A DNA stretch of 64,000 bases from contig JAOUBX010000012.1 in assembly GCA_029860075.1 (NCBI GenBank), forward strand, positions 3,654-67,653. The letters run 5' to 3'. Position 1 is the first letter of the stretch. Every line of letters starts with the position of its first letter. The notes below the pieces were generated by a model. It was not told where the DNA came from. It did no database searches and saw nothing but the letters and a program-made list of their open reading frames with translations. This document shows positions 47,122-57,264 of this stretch, in pieces. Position numbers and translations under genes: made by a program. Source of the stretch: Deltaproteobacteria bacterium. GTDB lineage: Bacteria; Desulfobacterota; JADFVX01.

Positions 47122-48354
47122 GTGATAAGCTCCCTTTATAGAAAATTTTCTCCCCTCGGGATCCCTCTATTATTTATAGGGGCAGCCCTTATGGCCATGC
47201 CTCATGTGGCTTATGTTAAACAATCGATCCCCCAAAGCTTCCCTTACCTCCCTTACGCTATTTACCTGACAGGCATCATTGTGAGCCTTCGTTTTAACCT
47301 GACCCGGATTGCATTTGTCATGGCTGTCTTTATCGCCGCTTACTGGTGTTATGACAGTTTTTTAAGCCATGGTGTAAAGACTTTTCAGGCCAGGACACTT
47401 CTCATTTCAATCTCTTTGCTGCTGCCTCTCAATATGGCGCTCTTTTCTCTTGCCCGGGAAAGAGGCGTTATGACTCTTCATGGGGGCTTGAGGGGCATGT
47501 TTATAATCATCCAGTTTTTACTGGTTATCTGGGTGATTGTTGCAGGAAGAAAGGATGTCTATCAGTTTTTATCAAAAGACTATTTATCGCTTGCTTTGCT
47601 TGATAAGATACCGCTTTATCAATCGTTAGTGCTTGTTATCGTTATTTCTCTCTTAATTGCAGCCATTGCCTACTATCTCAACCGTTCTCCCCTTGAAAGC
47701 GCATTTATGGGCGCTATCCTGTCATCGGCCCTAGCCGCTCTTTTTTCTCATCATCCAAATGCCTATGTTCTCTTTATTTCCGTCGCCGGCCTTATTCTTA
47801 TCGCGGGCGTGATGCAAAACACGCACTTCATGGCATACAGAGACGAACTGACGGGGCTTCTTGCCCGCAGAGCGCTTAATGAACGTACGCTCATGCTTGG
47901 AAGGGAGTACACTGTGGCTATGCTCGATGTGGATCATTTCAAGAAGTTTAATGACACCTACGGCCATGATGTTGGTGATCAGGTACTGAAAATGGTGGCT
48001 TCCATTTTACAGAAGGTGGGGGGAGGGGGGAAATCCTATCGCTATGGAGGAGAAGAGTTTACTATCCTCTTCCCGGGCAAGGGGGTGGACGAGGCAATGC
48101 CCCACCTGGAGGCCTTGAGAGAAAATATTGCTGCCTACAGGATGAAAATAAGGGGTAAAGACCGCCCCCAAAAGACAGAGATAGGAAAACAAAAGCGGGG
48201 AGTAAAAGGAAGCGCCGCTTATGTATCCGTAACGATAAGTATCGGGGCGGCACAAAAAGGCAAGGCAATGAAAAAACCTGAAGAAGTTGTTAAATCGGCA
48301 GACCAGGCGCTTTACCGCGCGAAAAAAGGGGGAAGAAACAGGGTAAGCAGGTAA
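47122..48354 (+). CDS. Membrane-anchored diguanylate cyclase (GGDEF domain)
   Basis: N-terminal multi-TM region. The C-terminal GGDEF domain carries RYGGEEF. Confidence 0.8.
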   Translation: MISSLYRKFSPLGIPLLFIGAALMAMPHVAYVKQSIPQSFPYLPYAIYLTGIIVSLRFNLTRIAFVMAVFIAAYWCYDSFLSHGVKTFQARTLLISISLLLPLNMALFSLARERGVMTLHGGLRGMFIIIQFLLVIWVIVAGRKDVYQFLSKDYLSLALLDKIPLYQSLVLVIVISLLIAAIAYYLNRSPLESAFMGAILSSALAALFSHHPNAYVLFISVAGLILIAGVMQNTHFMAYRDELTGLLARRALNERTLMLGREYTVAMLDVDHFKKFNDTYGHDVGDQVLKMVASILQKVGGGGKSYRYGGEEFTILFPGKGVDEAMPHLEALRENIAAYRMKIRGKDRPQKTEIGKQKRGVKGSAAYVSVTISIGAAQKGKAMKKPEEVVKSADQALYRAKKGGRNRVSR

Positions 48355-48380
48355 GTGGTTTTTTAGCAGGATGCAATAAT

Positions 48381-48410
48381 AAAGCCCGGCAGGAACCGGG
48401 CTTTTTTTGC
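48381..48410. terminator. Bidirectional rho-independent terminator between convergent GGDEF genes
   Basis: agcccgg / ccgggct stem followed by TTTTTTT. It is flanked by A-runs on the other strand. Confidence 0.6.
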
Positions 48411-48436
48411 TGCTTTTTTATGGAAGGGGATATAAT

Positions 48437-50620
48437 TTATTTTCTCCCTTTTTTTGCAGTAACGACCTTGTCTTTACCGGTTGTCTTGGCTTGATACATG
48501 GCGCCGTCTGCCACCTGCACAAGGTCTTCCCCGTTTTTTGCTTCAATCTCGGGAACAGAGGCGACGCCTACACTTAGCGTGGCAGCCTTGTCCATCCAGT
48601 CGTAATGATTGGATCTTGCTTTTTCGGCTATTCTTTTTGCCACCTTCAGGGCTCCTTCGCTGTCCGTATTCGGCAGGATAGCGACGAACTCTTCTCCGCC
48701 ATAACGGCCGGGAATATCTTCCGTCCTGCAGCAATCCTTGAAAATCGCGGCAATATCCCTTATGACCTCATCCCCCTTGTCATGGCCATAGGTATCATTT
48801 ACCGATTTGAAATTATCGATATCCGAGAGGATGACGGAAAGCGGCTTTTCGTGACGTGTATGAGTGGCCCATTCTTCCTCAAGCCTCTCATTAAGGTGGC
48901 GCCTGTTGAAAAGCCCTGTTAATCCGTCTATCATGGAGAGTTCATGAATATGCTGATGCATGATGGCGTTGTCAAGAGCGACAGAAATCTGGTTGGCAAG
49001 ATAATCAAAAAGTTCCACTTCATCTTCTGCAAATTTCTCTACTGATCCCAGAACCAGCGTTCCGAGAGAACGTTCCTGGTAAACAAGAGGAATATAGGCA
49101 ATTTCTTTGGGGACAGATTTGGTAAAGCCAAGCTCGATCATTTCTTCATAACTCTCCCTGTCAGGAGAAACTATGAGTGTTGTCTTGTCCTGAGCCGCTC
49201 TGCCGGGATAACCCTCACCCATTAAAAGTTCATTAATATCCGATTTGATACCATAGGTGACCCTTGGCGCCAGCTTTTTATCGTTATCTTCACAGAGGTA
49301 AATAATGCCCATTTGCGATTCTGTGACCTGGACGGCAATTCTCAGAATATTTTCCATGAGGTCTTTCAGGTTAAGCGTAGACATGAGAAGTTTTGCAACT
49401 TCGTTATGCTTTCTCAGTCTGTCTTCCCGCTTTTTGATCCCTCCTGCCATGAGATTAAAGCCTGTGCCGAGCTGTTCAAATTCATCGCCTGTAACGAGGT
49501 CTACCGTGATGTCGAGTTCACCTTTTCCAAAACGGTTCATGGCGCCTGTAAGAAACTTGAGGGGACGTGAAATATCAGCCCTGATAAAGATAGTGACGAT
49601 AATGGCGATAATAAGACCCATAATGGCAACAACGATGGTCCCTTTTTGTAAAGTGCCAAGAACGATGTTTCTGTACTCGCGGGCCGGGGCGCTTACCCCG
49701 ATGGCGCCGATCAGCCTTGCTTTACTATCTTTGATAGGTTCAAATGCGACGATGGTTGCTTTATCCGATACATCAAGCAGCCCGTAATAGGGCTTCCCAA
49801 GTGATACATCATCCTTGATGCCTCGAGGTATGGCCTGTCCCAGTACCCATGTGCTTCTTGGAAGGGATGCCGTTGTATGAAGAAAAGCACCTTCCGGCGG
49901 CTCTCCGGCAAAGATGGCCGTTTCCATACCCATCCTGTTATAGACGGCATTTCCAAACCAGGGATCGGCTGTCAGCAGAATTCCGGCAACAAGAGCGCCT
50001 ACAACCCTGTTTTCTTCCCTCACTGGAGAGGCAACAAACTGAACCATACCTGTATTGTTGATCAATTTACCAAGAGATTCATCTTCCCTGGTAATAAAAT
50101 CTTTATTGACCAGTTCCGTAGAGCGGGTAACAACCCCTGAATTAAGGGCCGTAGAAAGCATATTTCCTATTTTGACCAGGTCATCCCTGTTTTCATTCCT
50201 CCTGGTAATTACCCGCTGGTTTTCGTCAACAGCAAGAAAGAAAGAAATCTGTTCATTTTTTTTGCCGTAGCTCAGGAGAAACCGCTGCAGATCCTTCCTG
50301 TTGTTGTTTTTAAAGTATCCCGCCAGTTTGTCGTGACTGCTTATTTCTTCCAGAAAGCCTTCAAGAAGGCGCCCTCTTTCTTCATAAATGTTTTTGGCGC
50401 CCTTCAGGTGTATCTTCATGGCTATGGAGGCTTCGTCATAGACGAGGTTTTGAAAGAGATAGAAGAGTATGGCTATAAGGGATAGGACGGGTATCCAGAA
50501 CATCATTGAAAGAGCGAGAAATGTTTTAGCGCTGACTGAAAGTTTGGGCCTGTTTAGCTTCATTACTAACCTCTTGTTATCCATACAAAGTAATACCCCA
50601 AGTTTAATTGATACAGGCAA
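48437..50620 (-). CDS. Sensor diguanylate cyclase (periplasmic sensor, HAMP, GAF, GGDEF)
   Basis: TM segment, a large extracytoplasmic sensor region, a HAMP-like segment, a GAF-like region and a GGDEF domain (RYGGEEF). The start may be at 50620 or 50563. Confidence 0.8.
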   Translation of the reverse strand: MPVSIKLGVLLCMDNKRLVMKLNRPKLSVSAKTFLALSMMFWIPVLSLIAILFYLFQNLVYDEASIAMKIHLKGAKNIYEERGRLLEGFLEEISSHDKLAGYFKNNNRKDLQRFLLSYGKKNEQISFFLAVDENQRVITRRNENRDDLVKIGNMLSTALNSGVVTRSTELVNKDFITREDESLGKLINNTGMVQFVASPVREENRVVGALVAGILLTADPWFGNAVYNRMGMETAIFAGEPPEGAFLHTTASLPRSTWVLGQAIPRGIKDDVSLGKPYYGLLDVSDKATIVAFEPIKDSKARLIGAIGVSAPAREYRNIVLGTLQKGTIVVAIMGLIIAIIVTIFIRADISRPLKFLTGAMNRFGKGELDITVDLVTGDEFEQLGTGFNLMAGGIKKREDRLRKHNEVAKLLMSTLNLKDLMENILRIAVQVTESQMGIIYLCEDNDKKLAPRVTYGIKSDINELLMGEGYPGRAAQDKTTLIVSPDRESYEEMIELGFTKSVPKEIAYIPLVYQERSLGTLVLGSVEKFAEDEVELFDYLANQISVALDNAIMHQHIHELSMIDGLTGLFNRRHLNERLEEEWATHTRHEKPLSVILSDIDNFKSVNDTYGHDKGDEVIRDIAAIFKDCCRTEDIPGRYGGEEFVAILPNTDSEGALKVAKRIAEKARSNHYDWMDKAATLSVGVASVPEIEAKNGEDLVQVADGAMYQAKTTGKDKVVTAKKGRK

Positions 50621-51038
50621 AGAAATCCAGCATTTTGGTAATAATCTCCGGAAAGCCCGTTTCTCATGGCCTGAATGCTTTTTTTATATACTTTGCTTCC
50701 TTAAACTTCAAATACCTTCATTCATTATAGATAAATGTCATATGAGGTCAAGGTTAAAGTTGATATATATTTCACGGGAAGCTTGTATTTGTTCACTACG
50801 CCAGCAATCGGTTTCTTTATAACCTGGCGGGAAAATAATTTAGAGGAAAGGCAATCTATTCGAAATGGTATTAAATTTAGCTTTTTTTAGTTCATTTTCC
50901 ATGACCCGACTGTATGTACTGAATCTTATAGCAGTTTATGCCTTTTAGATTGGGGCTTGACAACTTTTTCAAAAAAAATGAATCCAAATGTGATGGTCTT
51001 AATCTTAATATGCAAAAACAATTTAGGAGGATTTTAAA

Positions 51039-51218
51039 ATGAATGTAGATAGTCACTTGAAAGTAGCACAATGGCACATTGAGCAGGCAAGGCAGCACGC
51101 TCAGAGTTCTGATTACAAATGTGGTTGTCCTGCAAACGAGCATGACCAGAAAGCCATTGACGCTGTAGAGGCCGGTCTTTTCAATGTGAAAGAAGAAGCC
51201 GAAGCCTGCGCCGTTTAA
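51039..51218 (+). CDS. Small hypothetical protein (59 aa), not in the ORF track
   Basis: AGGAGG RBS at 51026-51031, ATG at 51039, TAA stop at 51216-51218. A strong intrinsic terminator follows immediately. Confidence 0.45.
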   Translation: MNVDSHLKVAQWHIEQARQHAQSSDYKCGCPANEHDQKAIDAVEAGLFNVKEEAEACAV

Positions 51219-51242
51219 GGCCGGACTTAAAAAGGCATAAGA

Positions 51243-51280
51243 AAGCCCGCCCCTCAAAAGGCGGGTTTTTTTTATTTTTT
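51243..51280 (+). terminator. Rho-independent terminator
   Basis: cccgcc / ggcggg stem followed by TTTTTTTTATTTTTT. Confidence 0.65.
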
Positions 51281-51424
51281 CAGCCATTCGATCACTAATA
51301 AACCTGGAAATGCCTGCGCCATCATGGTTTCCGGCATTGCCTCCTGATTCCTCAGCGCTGCCCTGAAATACCCGCTTAAGCTAATGTTGTTCAGTGTGCA
51401 GAACAGTTTGAAGGGCCTGTCGAA

Positions 51425-51868
51425 GTGCTGGAGCAGACTTACAGCAACTGTACCTGGCAGAATGAAACCCTGGGCGCGGCAAAAGGAACTGCTCATGCCG
51501 ACAAGAATGACATGGTTAACCTGGGGTTAAAGCTTGGACTTTTCGGTTATCCTGAAGAGGCTGCCGTCAATGGCGATAAAATCCATAAAACAGCGCTGCA
51601 ATACATTGAGAATCATGACCATGAGCGTTTTGTCTGTAATTTCGGCATACTTTCCAAAGACAACTACCTCTTGAGAGAAGGTGACCGGGGGAGTTGGTAC
51701 AAGAATCAGCCCTATCTTATCGGTCTTCTTCCTGCCAAGGGGATTCCCATGCTCTGGCAGGGACAATATTATTTTTACAACCATTACGATAACTATATTT
51801 CAAAAAATGTGCTTCTCTTTTCAAGGGAGCATAACGGCAGTTTCAGCCTTGTAGGGCTTAAGTCATAA
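51425..51868 (+). pseudogene. C-terminal remnant of a GH13 alpha-amylase-family gene
   Basis: It contains the GH13 conserved region IV-like YIENHDHERF plus a C-terminal domain-like tail. No N-terminal catalytic regions are present, and an upstream terminator separates it from any possible 5' part. Confidence 0.4.
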
Positions 51869-51888
51869 GTGCAGGGACAAAATTAAAA

Positions 51889-51927
51889 AGGGCTTACTGT
51901 TTCATTAACAGTAAGCCCTTGATTTTG
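51889..51927 (+). terminator. Hairpin terminator after the amylase remnant
   Basis: Inverted repeat agggcttactgtt / aacagtaagccct followed by GATTTTGTT. Confidence 0.45.
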
Positions 51928-51928
51928 T

Positions 51929-52015
51929 TGGTGCCCAGGACTGGAATCGAACCAGCACAGGAATACTCCCACTAGACCCTGAACCTAGCGCGTCTACCAA
52001 TTCCGCCACCTGGGC
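51929..52015 (-). tRNA. tRNA-Leu (anticodon CAG), class II with a long variable arm
   Basis: The reverse complement folds as a cloverleaf. The acceptor stem is GCCCAGG/CCTGGGC plus an encoded CCA. The D-arm is identical to E. coli tRNA-Leu. The anticodon loop is TTCAGGG. It has a long variable arm and a GTTCGATTC T-loop. Confidence 0.85.
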
Positions 52016-52153
52016 CTGCTTGGCGCATCTTTGTTGCAAATAGCAGGTCTATAAACTATACTAGGTCCTGAAAAAAGTCAAGAAATATTAATGGTTTCCG
52101 GAAAGTTGACAATCAATTAGTGGGGGTCTTGGGGCCCTTGAAAAAAGGATAAA

Positions 52154-54262
52154 ATGGCTGTTGATCAAAAAGGGGTGCTCAGGTTCCTCAGGGAAGAGGC
52201 AGGGCGACCTGCAACGCTTAAAGATATAAGAGGCCGTTTCGGCATTACAAAAGAGAAACGGAGCAAACTGGTAAGGCTCCTCGATGAAATGCTTCGAAAT
52301 GGGGAAATCGTCAGGATAAAGGGGGGGCGTTACGGCGTGCCTTCAAAGATGAACCTTGTTACGGGACGCTTGCAGAGCCATGCTGAAGGTTTTGGTTTTG
52401 TCATCCCCGATGAAGGGGATGAAGATGTTTATATTAACGCAAGAAACATAAAAGACGCCATGCATGGTGACAGGGTTGTTGCCAGGGTGGAGGGCTTTAA
52501 GGCGGGAGGCAAACGGCACGGTTCAATCATCCGTATTATCGAGCGGGTACACAAAACCGTTGTAGGCCGTTATGAAAAGGGGCGAAAGTTCGGTTATGTT
52601 GTTCCTTCCGATGAAAGGCTCTCTCACGATATTTATGTTCCCAAAGGAGAAGATATGGGAGCAGACGATGGTGAGGTTGTATTGGTGGAACTGATCTCTT
52701 ACCCGACACGGCAGAGAAATCCCGAGGGGGTGGTCATAAGGGTTATCGGCAGTCCCTTCGATCCCGAGGTGGAAATCCAGTCTATTATTGCAAGGCATAA
52801 TATCCCCTCCATTTTCCCGCAAGAAGTTATAGATGAAGCAGAGCGCATAGGGGAGAGCGTAAAGGTAAAGGAAATAGAGGGACGTGAGGACCTCCGGAAC
52901 CTTATGACGGTCACCATCGATGGTGAGACGGCAAGAGATTTTGATGATGCTGTCTCTGTAAGGAAGGAAGGGAAGGGAAATATCCGGCTATGGGTCTCTA
53001 TTGCCGATGTGAGCCATTATGTGAAGGAAGGAAGTGACCTCGACAGGGAAGCTTATGAGCGGGGGACGAGTGTTTATTTTCCTGATCGCTGCATTCCCAT
53101 GCTCCCCGAGCGGTTGTCGAACGGCATATGCAGCCTCAATCCCCAGGTAGAAAGACTTGCCATGACGGCTGAAATGCTATTTAATGATCGTGGAGAGCGC
53201 ATTGAGGGGCGCTTTTATCCCAGTGTCATAAGGAGTGATCACAGGCTAACCTATTCCATTGTAAAGAAGATCCTTGTTGAAGGTGATGCTGCTCTGACGA
53301 AAGAGTATGAAACCATAATGCCTGATCTCAGGGTTATGGAGGAATTGTCGGGTTGGCTCAGGATTTTCAGGGAAGAGAGGGGTTGCATTGATTTTGATCT
53401 TCCAGAGGCACAGATTATACTCGATATACAGGGAGGGGTAGAAGCCATTGTCCGCTCCGAAAGGAACCTGGCCCATATGATTATCGAAGAATTTATGCTT
53501 GCAGCCAACGAAGCCGTCGCATCCTTTCTTGCGGCTAAAAAGCTTCCTCTCCTGTACAGGGTTCATGAGGAACCGGATGCTGAAAAACTGGAAGATTTCA
53601 GGGAGTTTATTCATAACCTGGGTTATGAGCTAAAAAGTGGGACGCCTTCTCCCAAAGACCTGCAAGGGCTGCTCTCAGCCGTTTTTGGAAAGCCGGAAGA
53701 GAGAACCATTAATCATGTCCTTTTAAGGTCCATGAAACAGGCTGTTTACAGCGGTAAAAATATCGGTCATTTCGGACTCGCTTCCAAAATATATTGCCAT
53801 TTTACTTCACCCATCAGACGTTATCCCGACCTCATGGTTCACCGGGTCCTTAAAAAAGCGGTTACAGGGGGGATTAAAAAGGCAGAAACAGAGCAACTGC
53901 AGGCTGCCTTGCAGATGAGTGGCGAGGAGACATCGTCAAGAGAGAGAAGGGCCATGGAGGCCGAAAGAGATGTGGTTGATCTTAAAAAGACGGAATTTAT
54001 GATGGACAAGGTGGGGGAAAATTATTCCGGTTTCATAACGGGCGTGACATCATTCGGCATTTTTGTCGAGCTTGAGGAACTCTTTGTGGAAGGGCTTGTT
54101 CATGTTACCTCCATTGATGATGACTATTACATTTATGATGAAAAAGGGCATTCTCTAAGGGGTGAAAGAAAAAAGAGGTCTTTCAGGATCGGTGACAAGG
54201 TGGATGTCAGTGTTGAAAAAGTAGACAGGGATAAAAGGCAGATCGATTTTAAACTCAAATAA
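52154..54262 (+). CDS. rnr: Ribonuclease R (RNB family 3'-5' exoribonuclease with a C-terminal S1 domain)
   Basis: 702 aa. It has N-terminal HTH/cold-shock-like domains, the RNB catalytic core (e.g. DGETARDFDDAVS) and a C-terminal S1 domain. Confidence 0.9.
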   Translation: MAVDQKGVLRFLREEAGRPATLKDIRGRFGITKEKRSKLVRLLDEMLRNGEIVRIKGGRYGVPSKMNLVTGRLQSHAEGFGFVIPDEGDEDVYINARNIKDAMHGDRVVARVEGFKAGGKRHGSIIRIIERVHKTVVGRYEKGRKFGYVVPSDERLSHDIYVPKGEDMGADDGEVVLVELISYPTRQRNPEGVVIRVIGSPFDPEVEIQSIIARHNIPSIFPQEVIDEAERIGESVKVKEIEGREDLRNLMTVTIDGETARDFDDAVSVRKEGKGNIRLWVSIADVSHYVKEGSDLDREAYERGTSVYFPDRCIPMLPERLSNGICSLNPQVERLAMTAEMLFNDRGERIEGRFYPSVIRSDHRLTYSIVKKILVEGDAALTKEYETIMPDLRVMEELSGWLRIFREERGCIDFDLPEAQIILDIQGGVEAIVRSERNLAHMIIEEFMLAANEAVASFLAAKKLPLLYRVHEEPDAEKLEDFREFIHNLGYELKSGTPSPKDLQGLLSAVFGKPEERTINHVLLRSMKQAVYSGKNIGHFGLASKIYCHFTSPIRRYPDLMVHRVLKKAVTGGIKKAETEQLQAALQMSGEETSSRERRAMEAERDVVDLKKTEFMMDKVGENYSGFITGVTSFGIFVELEELFVEGLVHVTSIDDDYYIYDEKGHSLRGERKKRSFRIGDKVDVSVEKVDRDKRQIDFKLK

Positions 54263-54277
54263 ATGGTTTCGGAATAA

Positions 54278-55969
54278 ATGTTTCATCCCTTTAAAAAGGT
54301 AAACCTCACCTACAGGAATATACAGCGGCTTCGTGTCATTGTTGGTGTATTTATGCGCCACGGTCTTTACAGCCTCATGGAAATGATAAATCTTCATGTT
54401 CTTATTCCCGTTCACAGACGGATAAGAAAAAAGAAACTGTCCGAGAAAAAAGATATCCTTTCCATGCCGGAAAGGATACGGCTTGCCTTTGAAGAGCTGG
54501 GCCCTACATTCATCAAACTTGGCCAGCTCATCGCTTCCAGGCCGGACCTTGTTCCTGCCGAGTACTGTGAAGAGTTCAACAAGCTTCTCGATGAAGTTCC
54601 TCCCTTTCCCTTTCTCGATGTAAAGAGAGTTATTGAAGATGAATTCAAGGTTCCCGTTGAAGAGATGTATAAGGAATTTAATGAAAAACCTGTGGCTGCG
54701 GCATCGATAGCGCAGGTGCATAATGCCCTTCTCCATGATGGAACACCGGTCGTTGTCAAGATCCAAAGACCTCACATCGAGATGCGGATTAATACGGACA
54801 TTGAGCTCATGTACGTTATGGCCAAGCTTCTCACGAGATATGTGCCGGAGACTCAGATCTATAATCCTGTTGGAATTGTCGATGAATTTTCGAGAGCCAT
54901 CAAAAAAGAGATGGATTTTGTTCTTGAGGCGAGCAACATCGTCAAAATATCAAGAAACCTGAGAAATGACAGGCGAGTTATCATCCCTCAGGTTCACTGG
55001 GATTTTACCTCTTCAAGGGTCCTTACTATGCAAAGGCTGGGTGGGATCAGGATTGATGACAGGAAAGCGCTTGAAAAGAAGGGCATTGTGGCAAGTGATA
55101 TTGCACGGTTGCTGACGGATATCTTCTTTGCCCAGGTCTTTCGGCACGGGCTTTTTCATGGTGATCTTCATGCCGGTAATATTTTTGTTGTCGATGCCGA
55201 TACGCTCGCCTTTGTCGATTTCGGCATCGTGGGCAGGCTAAACGAGGACATGATAGAGCGGCTTGCCAATATTCTTATGGGGATTATGGCTGGAGAGTAC
55301 AAAAAGGTAGTTGAAAACTATCTCGAAATGGGGCTTGTTCCTGATAGTGTTGATATAGATGCCTTTAGAAGGGATTACCAGGATGCCCTCGAAGCTTACC
55401 TCTCCAAACCCCTTAAAGAAGCAAAGCTCGGTGAACTGCTGCTCGACTACACGAGGATAGCGGCACATTATAAGATAAAGCTCCCCACGGACCTCGTTCT
55501 TCTCGATAAATGCATTATTGAACTTGAAGGGCTTGTCAGACAGCTTGATCCCGGCCTGAATATGCTGAAAACAGGAAAAAGGTATGCCGGTGAACTGCTT
55601 AAAATCTGGTATTCTCCGGGTAAGGTGAAAAAGGACCTCTTTGAAACGGCAAGCGAAATGGAGAAAACGGCAAAGGTATTGCCGGGGCAGATCAGACAGC
55701 TTATGAAGAAGATGCTTACCGATAAATTTACCATCGACTTTGTCCATATCGGGCTCAATAACCTTATTGATGAGATCGACCGTTCCAGCAACCGGCTGGC
55801 CCTTGGACTCATTATTTCCGCCATTATCATAGGTTCCTCTCTTATTATGACCACCGGCAAGGGCCCTCTTTTTATGGGCTTCCCCATCCTTGGCCTGGCA
55901 GGGTTTGTACTGGCCGGTGTCCTCGGATTTTTACTTGCCGTTGTTATTATCCGCTCCAGGAAGTTTTGA
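54278..55969 (+). CDS. ABC1/UbiB atypical kinase family protein
   Basis: UbiB/AarF blocks are present (AAASIAQVHNALLHDGTPVVVKIQRP, HGDLHAGNIFV) together with C-terminal TM helices. Confidence 0.85.
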   Translation: MFHPFKKVNLTYRNIQRLRVIVGVFMRHGLYSLMEMINLHVLIPVHRRIRKKKLSEKKDILSMPERIRLAFEELGPTFIKLGQLIASRPDLVPAEYCEEFNKLLDEVPPFPFLDVKRVIEDEFKVPVEEMYKEFNEKPVAAASIAQVHNALLHDGTPVVVKIQRPHIEMRINTDIELMYVMAKLLTRYVPETQIYNPVGIVDEFSRAIKKEMDFVLEASNIVKISRNLRNDRRVIIPQVHWDFTSSRVLTMQRLGGIRIDDRKALEKKGIVASDIARLLTDIFFAQVFRHGLFHGDLHAGNIFVVDADTLAFVDFGIVGRLNEDMIERLANILMGIMAGEYKKVVENYLEMGLVPDSVDIDAFRRDYQDALEAYLSKPLKEAKLGELLLDYTRIAAHYKIKLPTDLVLLDKCIIELEGLVRQLDPGLNMLKTGKRYAGELLKIWYSPGKVKKDLFETASEMEKTAKVLPGQIRQLMKKMLTDKFTIDFVHIGLNNLIDEIDRSSNRLALGLIISAIIIGSSLIMTTGKGPLFMGFPILGLAGFVLAGVLGFLLAVVIIRSRKF

Positions 55970-56142
55970 TCTTTCCAAATCTATTTCCCATCGTTATATT
56001 AATGCTGTTATCTTTGTGCCTCCACAAGCTGCTTATTAAAGTAATGCCGGGTATTAAAGGCATGAAATTTATCAGCAGATATGGAGATATCATGTGAAGT
56101 TTCACAATAATCAAACAAGGAGAAAGGAATTATTCACCGGCA

Positions 56143-57207
56143 ATGGTTGACATTAAAGATATGAGTTTTGAAGAACTTGCAGGTTTTTTGAAAGGAATGG
56201 GCAAGGAGACCTACAGGTCTGCCCAGATATTTAAGTGGCTTTACCAGCATGATGCTCAATCCTTCGATGACATGACGAATCTCTCCAGGGCATTTCGCGA
56301 GGAATTGAAAGAGATTGCCTTCATTGGTAGCCTTGAGCCTATTCAAATTGAAACATCTAAAGATGGAACAAAGAAATATCTTTTTCGCTTAAGTGATGGT
56401 GAATCGATAGAATCGGTCTTAATTCCTGAAGGTAAGAGGCGAACCCTTTGTATCTCATCGCAAGTGGGCTGCCCTCTTGATTGTGGTTTTTGTCTTACCG
56501 GGGCCATGGGATTTAAAAGGAACCTTACTACCTCAGAGATTACAGGGCAGGTTCTTGCCGTTAATAAATCTCTCGAAGAAGACCTGAAAATAACGAATAT
56601 TGTCTACATGGGCATGGGTGAGCCTCTTTTAAACTTTGAAAATGTATTAAGATCTATTGATATTATAAGCGGAGATAAAAGCATTCGTATTTCGCCCAGA
56701 AAGGTTACGCTCTCTACCGCCGGCGTAGTGCCGGGCATGTTGAAACTGGGAGAGGAGTCAAATGTAAACCTGGCCGTATCGCTTAATGCAACGACTGATG
56801 AAGTAAGAGATGAAATCATGCCCGTTAACAGGAAATACCCCATTGCTGAACTCCTCGATGCCTGTCGTAACTACCCTCTATCCAATAGAAGGAGAATTAC
56901 CTTCGAGTATGTCTTGATAAAAGATCTTAATGATTCCCTCGATGATGCAAAGCGGATGGTAAAACTCCTCAGGGGGATTCCTGCCAAGGTGAACCTTCTC
57001 CCTTTTAATGAATCGGAAGGCTCACCATTTAAGAGACCTTCTAAAGAGACGATTCAGAATTTTCATAACTACCTTGAGAATAAGAACATGACGGTTATTA
57101 TAAGGAGCAGTAAGGGAAGCGATATCTCTGCCGCCTGTGGACAGCTGAAAGGGAAGGCTGAATCCCCGGGCGGGGGCGCTCCCCGCAGTTTGCCGGGGGA
57201 GGGCTGA
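56143..57207 (+). CDS. rlmN: 23S rRNA (adenine2503-C2)-methyltransferase RlmN (radical SAM, RlmN/Cfr family)
   Basis: Radical-SAM CxxxCxxC (CPLDCGFC) and the RlmN family architecture. It has a short Gly/Pro-rich C-terminal tail. Confidence 0.85.
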   Translation: MVDIKDMSFEELAGFLKGMGKETYRSAQIFKWLYQHDAQSFDDMTNLSRAFREELKEIAFIGSLEPIQIETSKDGTKKYLFRLSDGESIESVLIPEGKRRTLCISSQVGCPLDCGFCLTGAMGFKRNLTTSEITGQVLAVNKSLEEDLKITNIVYMGMGEPLLNFENVLRSIDIISGDKSIRISPRKVTLSTAGVVPGMLKLGEESNVNLAVSLNATTDEVRDEIMPVNRKYPIAELLDACRNYPLSNRRRITFEYVLIKDLNDSLDDAKRMVKLLRGIPAKVNLLPFNESEGSPFKRPSKETIQNFHNYLENKNMTVIIRSSKGSDISAACGQLKGKAESPGGGAPRSLPGEG

Positions 57208-57264
57208 TCCTGCGTGCGCAAAAATGCAGCTAATATAATCATTTGTCCTCGTGGAAGTTGTTTT

